Below are positions 21,770 to 30,171 of a stretch of DNA of 64,000 nucleotides, piece after piece. Numbering within the stretch: the stretch's first letter is position 1; every line of letters starts with the position of its first letter. The notes under the pieces were generated by a model. That model was given only the letters and a program-made list of their open reading frames with translations. It did not search any database and was not told the DNA's origin. The translations under genes and the position numbers were made by a program. Source of the DNA: an uncultured delta proteobacterium (GTDB taxonomy: Bacteria > Chloroflexota > Dehalococcoidia > Dehalococcoidales > BS750m-G39); contig CAVTZP010000002.1 of the NCBI GenBank assembly GCA_963739245.1, positions 633-64,632 on the forward strand. The letters are read 5' to 3'.

Positions 21770-21838
21770 TTTAACACCATCGCTCTGTCCGAAAACGACT
21801 GAAGCACCACATTATTTTTTGCAGGTTGAGGAGGTCAA

Positions 21839-22711
21839 ATGATTGCGGATTTCGAATATTTTGCTCCCAAAACAGTTAAGGAAGCCCTTTCCCTACTTTC
21901 ACAGTATAAGGATGCCAAAATAATTGCCGGCGGGCAATCGCTGCTGGTGGTCTTAAAGCAACGGCTGCTTGCCCTGGAATATTTGATTGATATCAAAGGC
22001 ATATCGGCTCTAGACTATATTAACTACGAAGACGGCAGAGATTTGAGAATCGGAGCATTGACCGTACATCGAGCCATAGAGAAATCACCAGCGATTCAAA
22101 AGTATTTCCAGGTGCTCAGCGAGATGGAGAGAAACGTGGCCACAGTACAGACCCGAAACTGGGGCACAATTGGTGGCAACCTTTGCCATGGCGACCCCGC
22201 TGGCGACCCGGCCCCAGTTTTCATTGTGTTAAATGCCAAATTGAAGTTAGCCAGCTTGGGTGGGGAGAGAATCATTGACATGGAGGAGTTTTCCAAAGAC
22301 TATCTTGAGGTGGCCCTTGAACCAGGTGAGATGCTTACTGAGATTCAGGTGCCGACTCCGTCACCTCACACTGGTACTGCCCATGACAAGCTAATGGTGA
22401 TGAAAGGAGACATGGGAATTGTCGGGGCAGCGGTGTCAATCACTTTGAGTGGAAGGGATGGCGTTTGCAAGGATGTCCGAATAGCGCTCAGCAACACTGC
22501 TTCTGTACCTTTGAGGGTTAAAGAAGCAGAAAAGGTACTAATAGGAAAAACAATCAATGACAGCTTGCTTATTGAGGCTGCCGAGGTAGCCTCGACAGAG
22601 GCTAGCCCTCCTGTTGACGTCCATGGTTCGGCAGAATACAGACAGGAGATGGTGAAGGTCTTTGTCAGGCGGGTAGCAGGAATAGCTCTGGAAAGAGCCA
22701 AAGCGGCATAG
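21839..22711 (+). CDS. Xanthine dehydrogenase family FAD-binding subunit (CoxM/CutM type)
   Basis: IAGGQSL, IGAL, QTRN.GTIGGNLCH.DPA.D; 290 aa with no Fe-S insertion. Confidence 0.93.
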   Translation: MIADFEYFAPKTVKEALSLLSQYKDAKIIAGGQSLLVVLKQRLLALEYLIDIKGISALDYINYEDGRDLRIGALTVHRAIEKSPAIQKYFQVLSEMERNVATVQTRNWGTIGGNLCHGDPAGDPAPVFIVLNAKLKLASLGGERIIDMEEFSKDYLEVALEPGEMLTEIQVPTPSPHTGTAHDKLMVMKGDMGIVGAAVSITLSGRDGVCKDVRIALSNTASVPLRVKEAEKVLIGKTINDSLLIEAAEVASTEASPPVDVHGSAEYRQEMVKVFVRRVAGIALERAKAA

Positions 22712-22730
22712 TTGTCTGAGGAGGGTAGAT

Positions 22731-23216
22731 ATGAAAGACGAACTGAAGGAATTAAAGTTAACCGTTAACGGCAAGCCTTATGAGTTCAGGGTGAAACCAA
22801 GGACCTTACTTGTTGACCTGCTGAGGCAGGAGCTGAAGCTGACGGGCACCAAGATAGGTTGCCTTGAGAGTGCTTGCGGTGCCTGCACCGTTAATATTGA
22901 CGGCAAGGCGGTCAGGTCGTGTTCCGTACTGGCGTTGCAGACCAATGGTCGCAAAGTTACCACCATCGAAGGTTTGGCTGACGGGGATAAGCTGCACCCT
23001 ATTCAGCAGGCGATGATCGACCATGGCGCTATAGAGTGCGGATTCTGCACCCCGGGGATGGTGATGTCAGCGAAGGCGTTACTGGATGAGAACCCCAAGC
23101 CAACCCGTGAGGAGGTAAGAGAAGCGATACAGGGTAATCTGTGTGCTGATGAAGGCTATGTGAAATATATCGAGGCTATAGAAATAGCTGCGGAAAAGAT
23201 ACGAGGAGGTCAGTAG
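22731..23216 (+). CDS. Xanthine dehydrogenase family [2Fe-2S] subunit (CoxS/HcrC type)
   Basis: TGTKIGCLESACGACTV...RSC, TTIEGL, CGFCTPG; last Cys motif altered to GNLCADEGY. Confidence 0.93.
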   Translation: MKDELKELKLTVNGKPYEFRVKPRTLLVDLLRQELKLTGTKIGCLESACGACTVNIDGKAVRSCSVLALQTNGRKVTTIEGLADGDKLHPIQQAMIDHGAIECGFCTPGMVMSAKALLDENPKPTREEVREAIQGNLCADEGYVKYIEAIEIAAEKIRGGQ

Positions 23217-23217
23217 A

Positions 23218-25575
23218 ATGGGTGAGACTTTTGGGGAATATTCGATAATAGGAAAACCGATACCCCGAGTGGAGGCTAAGTTAAAGGTTACTGGTCAGGC
23301 AAAGTATGCCGCTGATTATGAATTAGCCGATATGCTGTGGGGTCAGATTAAGAGAAGCCCTTATCCTCACGCCAGGATACTAAATATTGACACCAGCAAG
23401 GCTGAGAGGTTACCCGGCGTAAAAGCGGTGACTACCGGCAAGGACTTTGGCGGTTTCAAGTGGGGCTGGAGCGGGCCGACTCGCGATGAAGAGCCCCTGG
23501 CAGTAAAAAAGGTACGCTACCTATATGAAGGGGTAGCGGCAGTGGCCGCTATTGATGAGGATATAGCTAATGAGGCCTGCGACCTCATTGAGGTTGAGTG
23601 GGAGCCACTCCCCGGCGTCTTTGATGTCTTTGAGGCAATGCAGGAAGGAGCACCCCTGGTTCATGAGAACCGCCCGGGGAACATTTGCGTTGAGTATCAT
23701 TGGGCCTTTGGTGACATGGACAAGGCTTTTGCTGAGTCTTACCTAGTTCGGGAAGATACCTTCCAGACCCCACGCATGGCCAAAGGATATCTAGAATCAC
23801 CGGCAGTGGTTGCCTACTGGCCCGATTCTAATCATGTCGTCTATATCGGGGCAAAAGGAAGCCCATATTTTCCATACCGGATTCTATCCCGGTGCTTTAA
23901 TTTGCCGCTCAGCAATGTTCGGATAATAACACCCTTTATCGGCTCCGACTTTGGTGGCACTAAGAATGATATGACGCCAGCTGATTACTCGGCAGTCATG
24001 CTCGCCAAGAAGACCGGCCGACCGGTGAAGATTGTGACCAGCCAGTTTGATGTCCTCACTACCGACCTGCGGCGTCACCCGATGTGGCTCACGGTAAAGA
24101 CGGGGGTTACCAAGGACGGCATACTAAAGGCTACATATCTCAAGGCTGTTGCCGACGGGGGAGCCTATACCCGAATGAGCCCGCTCACGATGATGCTTAC
24201 CGGCTGTCTTACGACCCTACCCTATAAGCTGCCAAATTACAAATATGATTGCTACAACTATTTTACCAATAACCCGAGTTCGGCCGCCATGAGAGGACAT
24301 GGACTATACCACAGCCGGTTTGCCGCTGATGTTCAGCTAGACATGATAGCCGAAGAGCTTGGGCTAGACCCGGTGGAGATAAGGCTAAAGAATGCCATTG
24401 AAAACCCTGAGCCGGGTAAGGTATATGAGACAATCAACGAGGTACATATGGCGACCTGCGGGGTAAAGGAATGCATTGAAAAGGTTGCCGAGGCGGTAGA
24501 CTGGGAAAAAAGAAGAAAGACGAAAAAAGAAGATGGTTATAAGGCCTATGGTATTGGCTTTGCCGCGGCAACATATAACAGCGGGACAAAGCTGAGTGCA
24601 CATAACGCTTGTGCCGCTATCATAAGGGTATGCGAGGACGGAAGTGTCAATTATCTGACCGGCGCCACTGACGTCGGGCAGGGGTCAGACACAATAATGT
24701 GCGCTATTGCCGCCGAGGTGCTCGGTATAAAACTAGAGGACATAGACCTGAAGAGGGTAGATACAGCATTTACCCCGGTTGACCCGGGAAGCTACGGCAG
24801 CCGGGTTACTGTGCTTGCCGGTCAGGCGGCAATAAATGCCGCCCTAGATGCCAAACGGCAGCTCCTCGAGGTTGCAGCACAGCAGTTTGGCGTAAAACCG
24901 GAAGATGTTGAGATTAAGAACAAGCAGGCCTTTGTCAAGTCAAATCCTGATAGGAATATGCCCTGGGAGAGGTTAGTGAGAACCGCCTGCTACGATACGC
25001 CGGGTAAGGTCATCATCGGCCGCGGCTATTCAACCCAGGGAATATCGCTATTAGGCCTGGCCGATTTCAGTAAGGGTGTCGGTGACATTGGAACCAATTA
25101 TAGCTTTACCGCCCAGGCCGTCGAGGTGGAGGTAGATGTGGAGACAGGCGTGGTAAAATGCACCGATAATAGCGTGATCGCCCACGACTGCGGCTTCCCA
25201 CTAAATACTCAGGCGGTAGAAACTCAAGTCCAGGGTGGGTCATACCACCAGGGGGTTTCTGCTGCCTTGTATGAGGAATTCAAGATGGACAAAGGGCAAA
25301 CCCTTAACCCCAATCTTGTCGACTACCAGCGACCTCGCGCCAATGAAGCACCGATGACACAGGTGATACACGTGGTAACCAATGACCCCTATGGCCCATT
25401 TGGGGCTAAAGAGGCCAGCGAGGGGAGTTGTTGTTCGGCACCACCGGCGGTGATTAATGCCATTTATAATGCTACCGGGGTCTGGATTAATAACCTCCCC
25501 GCCCAACCGGAGAAGGTCTTCTGGGCGCTAAAAGCCAAAAAAGAGGAAAAGAAGGAGAAGAAAAGGGGAAAATAG
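23218..25575 (+). CDS. Xanthine dehydrogenase family molybdopterin-binding subunit, 4-hydroxybenzoyl-CoA reductase alpha (HcrA)-like
   Basis: KVTG.AKYA.D, RSP.PHARI, AMRGHG, PGSYGSRVT, GPFGAKEASEG (HcrA-type motifs as recalled). Confidence 0.85.
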   Translation: MGETFGEYSIIGKPIPRVEAKLKVTGQAKYAADYELADMLWGQIKRSPYPHARILNIDTSKAERLPGVKAVTTGKDFGGFKWGWSGPTRDEEPLAVKKVRYLYEGVAAVAAIDEDIANEACDLIEVEWEPLPGVFDVFEAMQEGAPLVHENRPGNICVEYHWAFGDMDKAFAESYLVREDTFQTPRMAKGYLESPAVVAYWPDSNHVVYIGAKGSPYFPYRILSRCFNLPLSNVRIITPFIGSDFGGTKNDMTPADYSAVMLAKKTGRPVKIVTSQFDVLTTDLRRHPMWLTVKTGVTKDGILKATYLKAVADGGAYTRMSPLTMMLTGCLTTLPYKLPNYKYDCYNYFTNNPSSAAMRGHGLYHSRFAADVQLDMIAEELGLDPVEIRLKNAIENPEPGKVYETINEVHMATCGVKECIEKVAEAVDWEKRRKTKKEDGYKAYGIGFAAATYNSGTKLSAHNACAAIIRVCEDGSVNYLTGATDVGQGSDTIMCAIAAEVLGIKLEDIDLKRVDTAFTPVDPGSYGSRVTVLAGQAAINAALDAKRQLLEVAAQQFGVKPEDVEIKNKQAFVKSNPDRNMPWERLVRTACYDTPGKVIIGRGYSTQGISLLGLADFSKGVGDIGTNYSFTAQAVEVEVDVETGVVKCTDNSVIAHDCGFPLNTQAVETQVQGGSYHQGVSAALYEEFKMDKGQTLNPNLVDYQRPRANEAPMTQVIHVVTNDPYGPFGAKEASEGSCCSAPPAVINAIYNATGVWINNLPAQPEKVFWALKAKKEEKKEKKRGK

Positions 25576-25597
25576 CCCCAGTGGTAATCTCGCCTTT

Positions 25598-26335
25598 TTA
25601 TTGCTTGAGTGCCGTTGGTGAGCAAACGGGGCAATTCTCGTTTTTCTTGATGTCATAAATCTGGAACTTGATATCATCACCGTTAAAGAGCAGCAGTTTT
25701 CCGGCTAGTGCCGGGCGGCGACCAATAAGCAGTTTGATAGCTTCCAGAGCTTGCAGGTTGGCTATAATTGCCGGCGTCACTCCGAGAACGCCGAGCCCGC
25801 TGGTACCTTCAGGGCAAAGACATGCCAGGCATGGTGTTTGTCCGGGGATGATGGTGGTAATCATGCCCCTCAGGCGTGAGACACCAGCATAAATGTAGGG
25901 AATCTTTAGCTTAACACACGCCGCATTCACTATGAGCCGGGTGGTTACATTATCTGTGCCGTCAAGTACTACCTGGGCTCCATTGATGACACCAAGGACG
26001 TTGTCTTCTGTTATCTTGGTAAAGACGGGGGTGATTTGGACTAGGGGATTTAGTTTGGATAGCTTTCTTTGAGCGACTATTACCTTCTTCTCTCCGATGT
26101 CCTCTTCCCAGTAGAGAATCTGCCGATTCAAATCAGACAGTTCAACAATATCAAAATCAACGATGGTAATGTGTCCGACCCCAGCCGCCGTCAGGTAGGT
26201 TCCCGAGGCACAGCCTAGCCCGCCTACACCAACTATAGTAGCATGGGCGTTTTTTAACTTGTTTTGCCCTTCTTCACCAAAATCTGGGATTATCAGTTGC
26301 CGATTATATCTAACAAGTTCCTTTTGCTCAAGCAT
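25598..26335 (-). CDS. ThiF/MoeB/HesA family E1-like adenylyltransferase
   Basis: RYNRQL, GVGGLG, D...SDLNRQ, CLAC and CPVC zinc pairs; start reassigned to ATG 26335. Confidence 0.92.
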   Translation of the reverse strand: MLEQKELVRYNRQLIIPDFGEEGQNKLKNAHATIVGVGGLGCASGTYLTAAGVGHITIVDFDIVELSDLNRQILYWEEDIGEKKVIVAQRKLSKLNPLVQITPVFTKITEDNVLGVINGAQVVLDGTDNVTTRLIVNAACVKLKIPYIYAGVSRLRGMITTIIPGQTPCLACLCPEGTSGLGVLGVTPAIIANLQALEAIKLLIGRRPALAGKLLLFNGDDIKFQIYDIKKNENCPVCSPTALKQ

Positions 26336-26352
26336 TTTTTCTCCGCCGATGC

Positions 26353-26730
26353 CTAGCCATCCCAGCGCCACAGCATCTTGACCTTCACTTCGTCGCCGTC
26401 TCTTAGCATTGTATCAAGACCAGCCGGCAATGATAAATAATTTTTACCGTTAACAAAGACGTCGTAGTCAAAGTCAAGTTGATTAGTTTCTTGGACGACG
26501 GGGTCAAAATCGACATTAGCCTGCTTATATCGATGTGACAGCTCGGCGAGCAGTGCTTTCAGGGTGTTACCTGCCACCTCTATTTCAATAACCCCCCTTT
26601 CCCTAGCCTCAGGCCAGGGTGCATAAAGCCAGGGCATAATAATGGTGAGCAGACCCTCTCGGGTTACTTCCTTAGCAGGATTAATTATGATTATCAATTC
26701 CGAGAAACCGGGCATTACCGCCGCTTTCAC
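26353..26730 (-). CDS. MoaD/ThiS-like ubiquitin-fold protein with N-terminal extension and non-canonical C-terminus
   Basis: G.TL..LL.EL, VFVNG......GLDT.L.DGDEV pattern; ends WRWDG; GTG 26730 after GGAGG. Confidence 0.72.
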   Translation of the reverse strand: MKAAVMPGFSELIIIINPAKEVTREGLLTIIMPWLYAPWPEARERGVIEIEVAGNTLKALLAELSHRYKQANVDFDPVVQETNQLDFDYDVFVNGKNYLSLPAGLDTMLRDGDEVKVKMLWRWDG

Positions 26731-26861
26731 ACCCACCTCCGGTACAGTTCATTCGCCAAGCGTCTGGCTTCTCCCCCACCAAGGCTGTGTCCCATAATTG
26801 GTGGAGATTCTTCGACCATATCATATATCCTATGGTAATGAGCGTCAATTACTTTAGACAT
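26727..26861 (-). CDS. Possible 44-aa peptide or gene remnant
   Basis: MSKVIDAHYHRIYDMVEESPPIMGHSLGGGEARRLANELYRRWV; GGAG upstream; stop overlaps the next start (GTGA). Confidence 0.3.
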   Translation of the reverse strand: MSKVIDAHYHRIYDMVEESPPIMGHSLGGGEARRLANELYRRWV

Positions 26862-26900
26862 TGGCGCATGCTCCGATGGGGCGATACAACTAGGGACGGC

Positions 26901-26929
26901 TTGACAGTAAGACCGCAACGAACTACGAT
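26901..26929 (+). promoter_or_regulatory. Candidate promoter of the polyprenol kinase-like gene
   Basis: TTGACA (26901-26906), 17 bp spacer, TACGAT. Confidence 0.6.
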
Positions 26930-26995
26930 TAATATTTAGTAACAAATGGGACCGGCTTGAACATCAAGTCGGTCATTCTAAAAAACCGAGGTGAT

Positions 26996-27589
26996 ATGCA
27001 AAGTAAGCCGTGGCGAAGACTATGGCACCTGGTTGGTGGCTCACTCTTCCCTGTCCTGGCTCTATTTATCTCTACTCCGGCACTACTTATCAGTCTCGGA
27101 GCAACGGCTGCTCTCTCTGTTGCCTTTGAGATAACCAGATTTACCTCTCATAGCTTAAACCAGTGGACGGTGACACACCTTAGGGTGATTCTGAAGCAGC
27201 AGGAGAGGTTTCACCTAACTGGAACCACCTATCTTCTCCTTTCTTCCTTTGCCGTCTTTGTCTTATTTGACAAATATGTGGCTATCACCTCTCTTCTCTT
27301 CGTGGCTATCGGTGACCTTATGGCTACGATAATCGGGGGGAAGTTTGGCCGACGAAGAATATTTGATAAAAGCCTGGAGGGAAGCCTCGCCTGTCTGGCA
27401 TCCTGCCTCTTAATCGGATTGGGGATGAGCCGGGTTAGCCCGGCCTTAGTTCTGCCAGCAGCTATTGCCGGGGCTATCTCAGCCACGCTAGTTGAGCTAT
27501 TGCCTATCCCTATTGATGATAACCTTACTATCCCCCTCTTTAGTGCCGGTATTATGACACTCACTGCGTTTTATCTTGGTAGGGTTTAG
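26996..27589 (+). CDS. Membrane diacylglycerol/polyprenol (phytol/dolichol-type) kinase family protein
   Basis: RRLWHL, IGD..A..IG.KFG, KSLEGS, ELLP..IDDN..IP; hydrophobic; ATG 26996 after GAGGTGA. Confidence 0.85.
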   Translation: MQSKPWRRLWHLVGGSLFPVLALFISTPALLISLGATAALSVAFEITRFTSHSLNQWTVTHLRVILKQQERFHLTGTTYLLLSSFAVFVLFDKYVAITSLLFVAIGDLMATIIGGKFGRRRIFDKSLEGSLACLASCLLIGLGMSRVSPALVLPAAIAGAISATLVELLPIPIDDNLTIPLFSAGIMTLTAFYLGRV

Positions 27590-27634
27590 ATAGCATAGGG
27601 GAGGAAATCACCAGCATGACACAATAGCAAAAGT

Positions 27635-27683
27635 GCAGGCTGCCTCCAGGGTGGAGGAAATAACCACCCTCAAGACAGCCTGC
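27635..27683. terminator. Stem-loop between convergent genes, probable terminator
   Basis: GCAGGCTG...CAGCCTGC outer stem with inner AGGGTGG/CCACCCT stem. Confidence 0.5.
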
Positions 27684-27716
27684 TTACTATTACCGCTAAA
27701 CTCCTAAATTCAATAA

Positions 27717-28976
27717 CTACTTTGGCCACGCCGGCTTGGGGTATTCAAAGTCTGCGGTAAGCTTGGTGGCAGACCATGGACCTCCGCCGACGACTTCATA
27801 TAGACCATTCTGCCACTGGCCAACCTCCCCTTGATGGGTTTCCTTGGCCAGAAGCCCGCCGCCGCCACCGATTGTCGTGTAATAGGTATCTCCCAGAAGC
27901 GTAGTGAAATGCCCGGTAGCGTATATATCCCTTATCGCCTTCTGGTCAAGGGCCCCGGCCTTCTCTATAGCCTGCTTCCAGAAATCCAATGCCCCATAAA
28001 AGAGGTCTGACCCCCACCCATTCCAGACATCCTCAGGCGCGTTGCCGTAGAGTTTTACAAATAATGTCTCCATCTCGGGAGACTGTTTCCGGTTCCAGGT
28101 AGCCCAAGCACATACCCCCTCCACCGCCGGGCCAAACGCGGTATGGAAGAAACCGTAGTTGCCTCCAGGTCCCAATATAAAAGCCTTGGGGTTGTAGCCA
28201 AGGGCTATCGACGTACCGGTAACCGGCATAATCTGGTCGGGATAGGCAAAGCAGCAGAAGGCATCGGCACCAGACGCCTGAGCATCCAGTATCACGGGGG
28301 CAAAGTCCTTAAGGCCGGGGGGAAGGCTCACGTTGCCCAGGACCTTAATCCCCACCCTGGCAAATTCGTTACCGGCAACACCGGCGTACTCAATGCCATG
28401 GAGGTCGGCAATATAGGTCACATATGCCGTCTTGGCGCCGGCTTTGGCAAGCATGTCAGCCCAAACCGGAACCTCGTACCAGTCGGAAAAACTCAGGTTG
28501 ATGAACACATAGGGCAGGCTGGGGAGCATGTCCTTCATCGTGGTAGCACCACCCTCAAAGGTCGGCAGTACATACCCCAACTTATTGGCGATAGGGGCCT
28601 GAGCAAAAAGCATGGCGGTGCTATTAGAAGACCATATAGAGTCAACCTTGTCCTCAACGATGAGCTTCTCCGTTAGCCTCACCGCCGTGCCCACGTCAGA
28701 TTTATCATCATAGATGAGTGTCTCTACGGGCAATTTCTTGCCGTACTCGGTCACAAATATCCCGCCGGCGGCATTGACCTCGGGAACAAATGCCTTATAG
28801 ATTGGCCCGAATCCCGAAACCTCAATCGCAGTCAGTGGGCCGGAGAGGGACCTTGCCATGCCAACAACGATTTTATCCTTGACTGGCGCTTTTGGGGCAC
28901 AGGCAGAGCACAAAGGCAATACTACCAGTGCTACCAACACTATGGCTATCAAACTAAAAAATACCTTTTTGTTCAC
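27717..28976 (-). CDS. ABC transporter substrate-binding lipoprotein, branched-chain amino acid (LivK-like) family
   Basis: Hydrophobic signal ending LCSAC, SLSGP, YDDKSD...A..L.EKLI..DKVD; GTG 28976 after AGGAG. Confidence 0.88.
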   Translation of the reverse strand: MNKKVFFSLIAIVLVALVVLPLCSACAPKAPVKDKIVVGMARSLSGPLTAIEVSGFGPIYKAFVPEVNAAGGIFVTEYGKKLPVETLIYDDKSDVGTAVRLTEKLIVEDKVDSIWSSNSTAMLFAQAPIANKLGYVLPTFEGGATTMKDMLPSLPYVFINLSFSDWYEVPVWADMLAKAGAKTAYVTYIADLHGIEYAGVAGNEFARVGIKVLGNVSLPPGLKDFAPVILDAQASGADAFCCFAYPDQIMPVTGTSIALGYNPKAFILGPGGNYGFFHTAFGPAVEGVCAWATWNRKQSPEMETLFVKLYGNAPEDVWNGWGSDLFYGALDFWKQAIEKAGALDQKAIRDIYATGHFTTLLGDTYYTTIGGGGGLLAKETHQGEVGQWQNGLYEVVGGGPWSATKLTADFEYPKPAWPK

Positions 28977-29128
28977 TTGTTTCTCCTTTCTAAAGATTCT
29001 TACCGTTATATTAGACTTCTTATCATATAATCTCACATATCTCGGCCCTCCTCTTCATTATGATATCAGCTCTAGTAGCTTAGTAGACTATGAGGTGAGT
29101 TAAAGACTAAGGCATTACCTCCCCTTTG

Positions 29129-30160
29129 TCAAGCAACCTGAAGCAATATTTTGATGTTATCCTCCTTACTGGTAACCAGCTTTTCAAACCCCATCTCTAC
29201 CGCATCCTTAAGCGGCACTTTTGCCGTAATTAAGCGGCGGGGGTCAATTCTTTTATCCGCTAGCAAAGCGATAGCCATCTTCCCCTCGTGGACATAAATG
29301 GGGCTACCGACAATAGTTTTCTGATTAAACATCACGCTCTGAAAGTGAATCGAGCTCGGCTTTTCAAAGACCCCCACAATCACGATGGTCCCACCTTTTC
29401 GAGCTAGGTCTATAGCTAGCTGGGGGGTAGCCGGGTGGCCAACACACTCAAAGGATATGTCCACACCTAATCCATCGGTCAGACTGGCAACCTGCTTCAC
29501 CGGCTCACCATCGTCAGGGTTGATAAACGCCGTAGCTCCCATAGCCAAGGCAATCTCCCCTCTACGCTTAATCTTATCCGCAACATAAACTTCGGCTGCC
29601 CCGGCCGCCCTGGCGGCCAATAGAACGCAAAGACCGATAGTACCCGAGCCGACAATTGCCACCCTATCCCCGGGACGGACATTACCCTGGCGAACAGCGT
29701 GAATGGCTACTGCCAAAGGCTCTACCAGAGCCCCAACTTCATCGGACACCGAATCGGGAAGCTTATAAACGGCGTAACTGGGAATGACCACATACTCAGC
29801 CATACAGCCATCCACGGTCAGACCGGTGAAACCCGCCTTCAGGCAAATATTATACATGGCTCTTTTACAAAAAAAACATTCGCCGCAGAACCAATAACCG
29901 ACTCCGGTTACCCGCTCGCCAACCTTAAAGTCTGTCACCCCTTTACCCACCTCGGCGACTCTGCCCGCAAACTCATGCCCTAAAGTCAGCGGCACCTTGT
30001 CGACAGCAATCATGCCCGGACCAGATTCATATTCCTTCAAGTCGCTACCGCAGATACCAGCCAGGTTAACTTTCACCTTTACCTGCCCCGGCCCCGGAGA
30101 CGGTTCAGGTACATCTTCATAGCGAAGGTCTTTTCTACCATACCACCTTAAGGCTTTCAT
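29129..30160 (-). CDS. Zinc-dependent alcohol dehydrogenase (2,3-butanediol/sorbitol dehydrogenase family)
   Basis: GICGSD, GHEF.G, C..C..C.......C structural Zn, G.GTIG, VEPLAVA.HA. Confidence 0.93.
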   Translation of the reverse strand: MKALRWYGRKDLRYEDVPEPSPGPGQVKVKVNLAGICGSDLKEYESGPGMIAVDKVPLTLGHEFAGRVAEVGKGVTDFKVGERVTGVGYWFCGECFFCKRAMYNICLKAGFTGLTVDGCMAEYVVIPSYAVYKLPDSVSDEVGALVEPLAVAIHAVRQGNVRPGDRVAIVGSGTIGLCVLLAARAAGAAEVYVADKIKRRGEIALAMGATAFINPDDGEPVKQVASLTDGLGVDISFECVGHPATPQLAIDLARKGGTIVIVGVFEKPSSIHFQSVMFNQKTIVGSPIYVHEGKMAIALLADKRIDPRRLITAKVPLKDAVEMGFEKLVTSKEDNIKILLQVA

Positions 30161-30171
30161 ATCTCACCCTC

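Noticed and set aside
23142-23153. Selenocysteine explaining the missing Cys in the [2Fe-2S] subunit
   Set aside because: The TGA letters (GC-TGA-TGA-A) are out of frame; the in-frame codons are GCT GAT GAA
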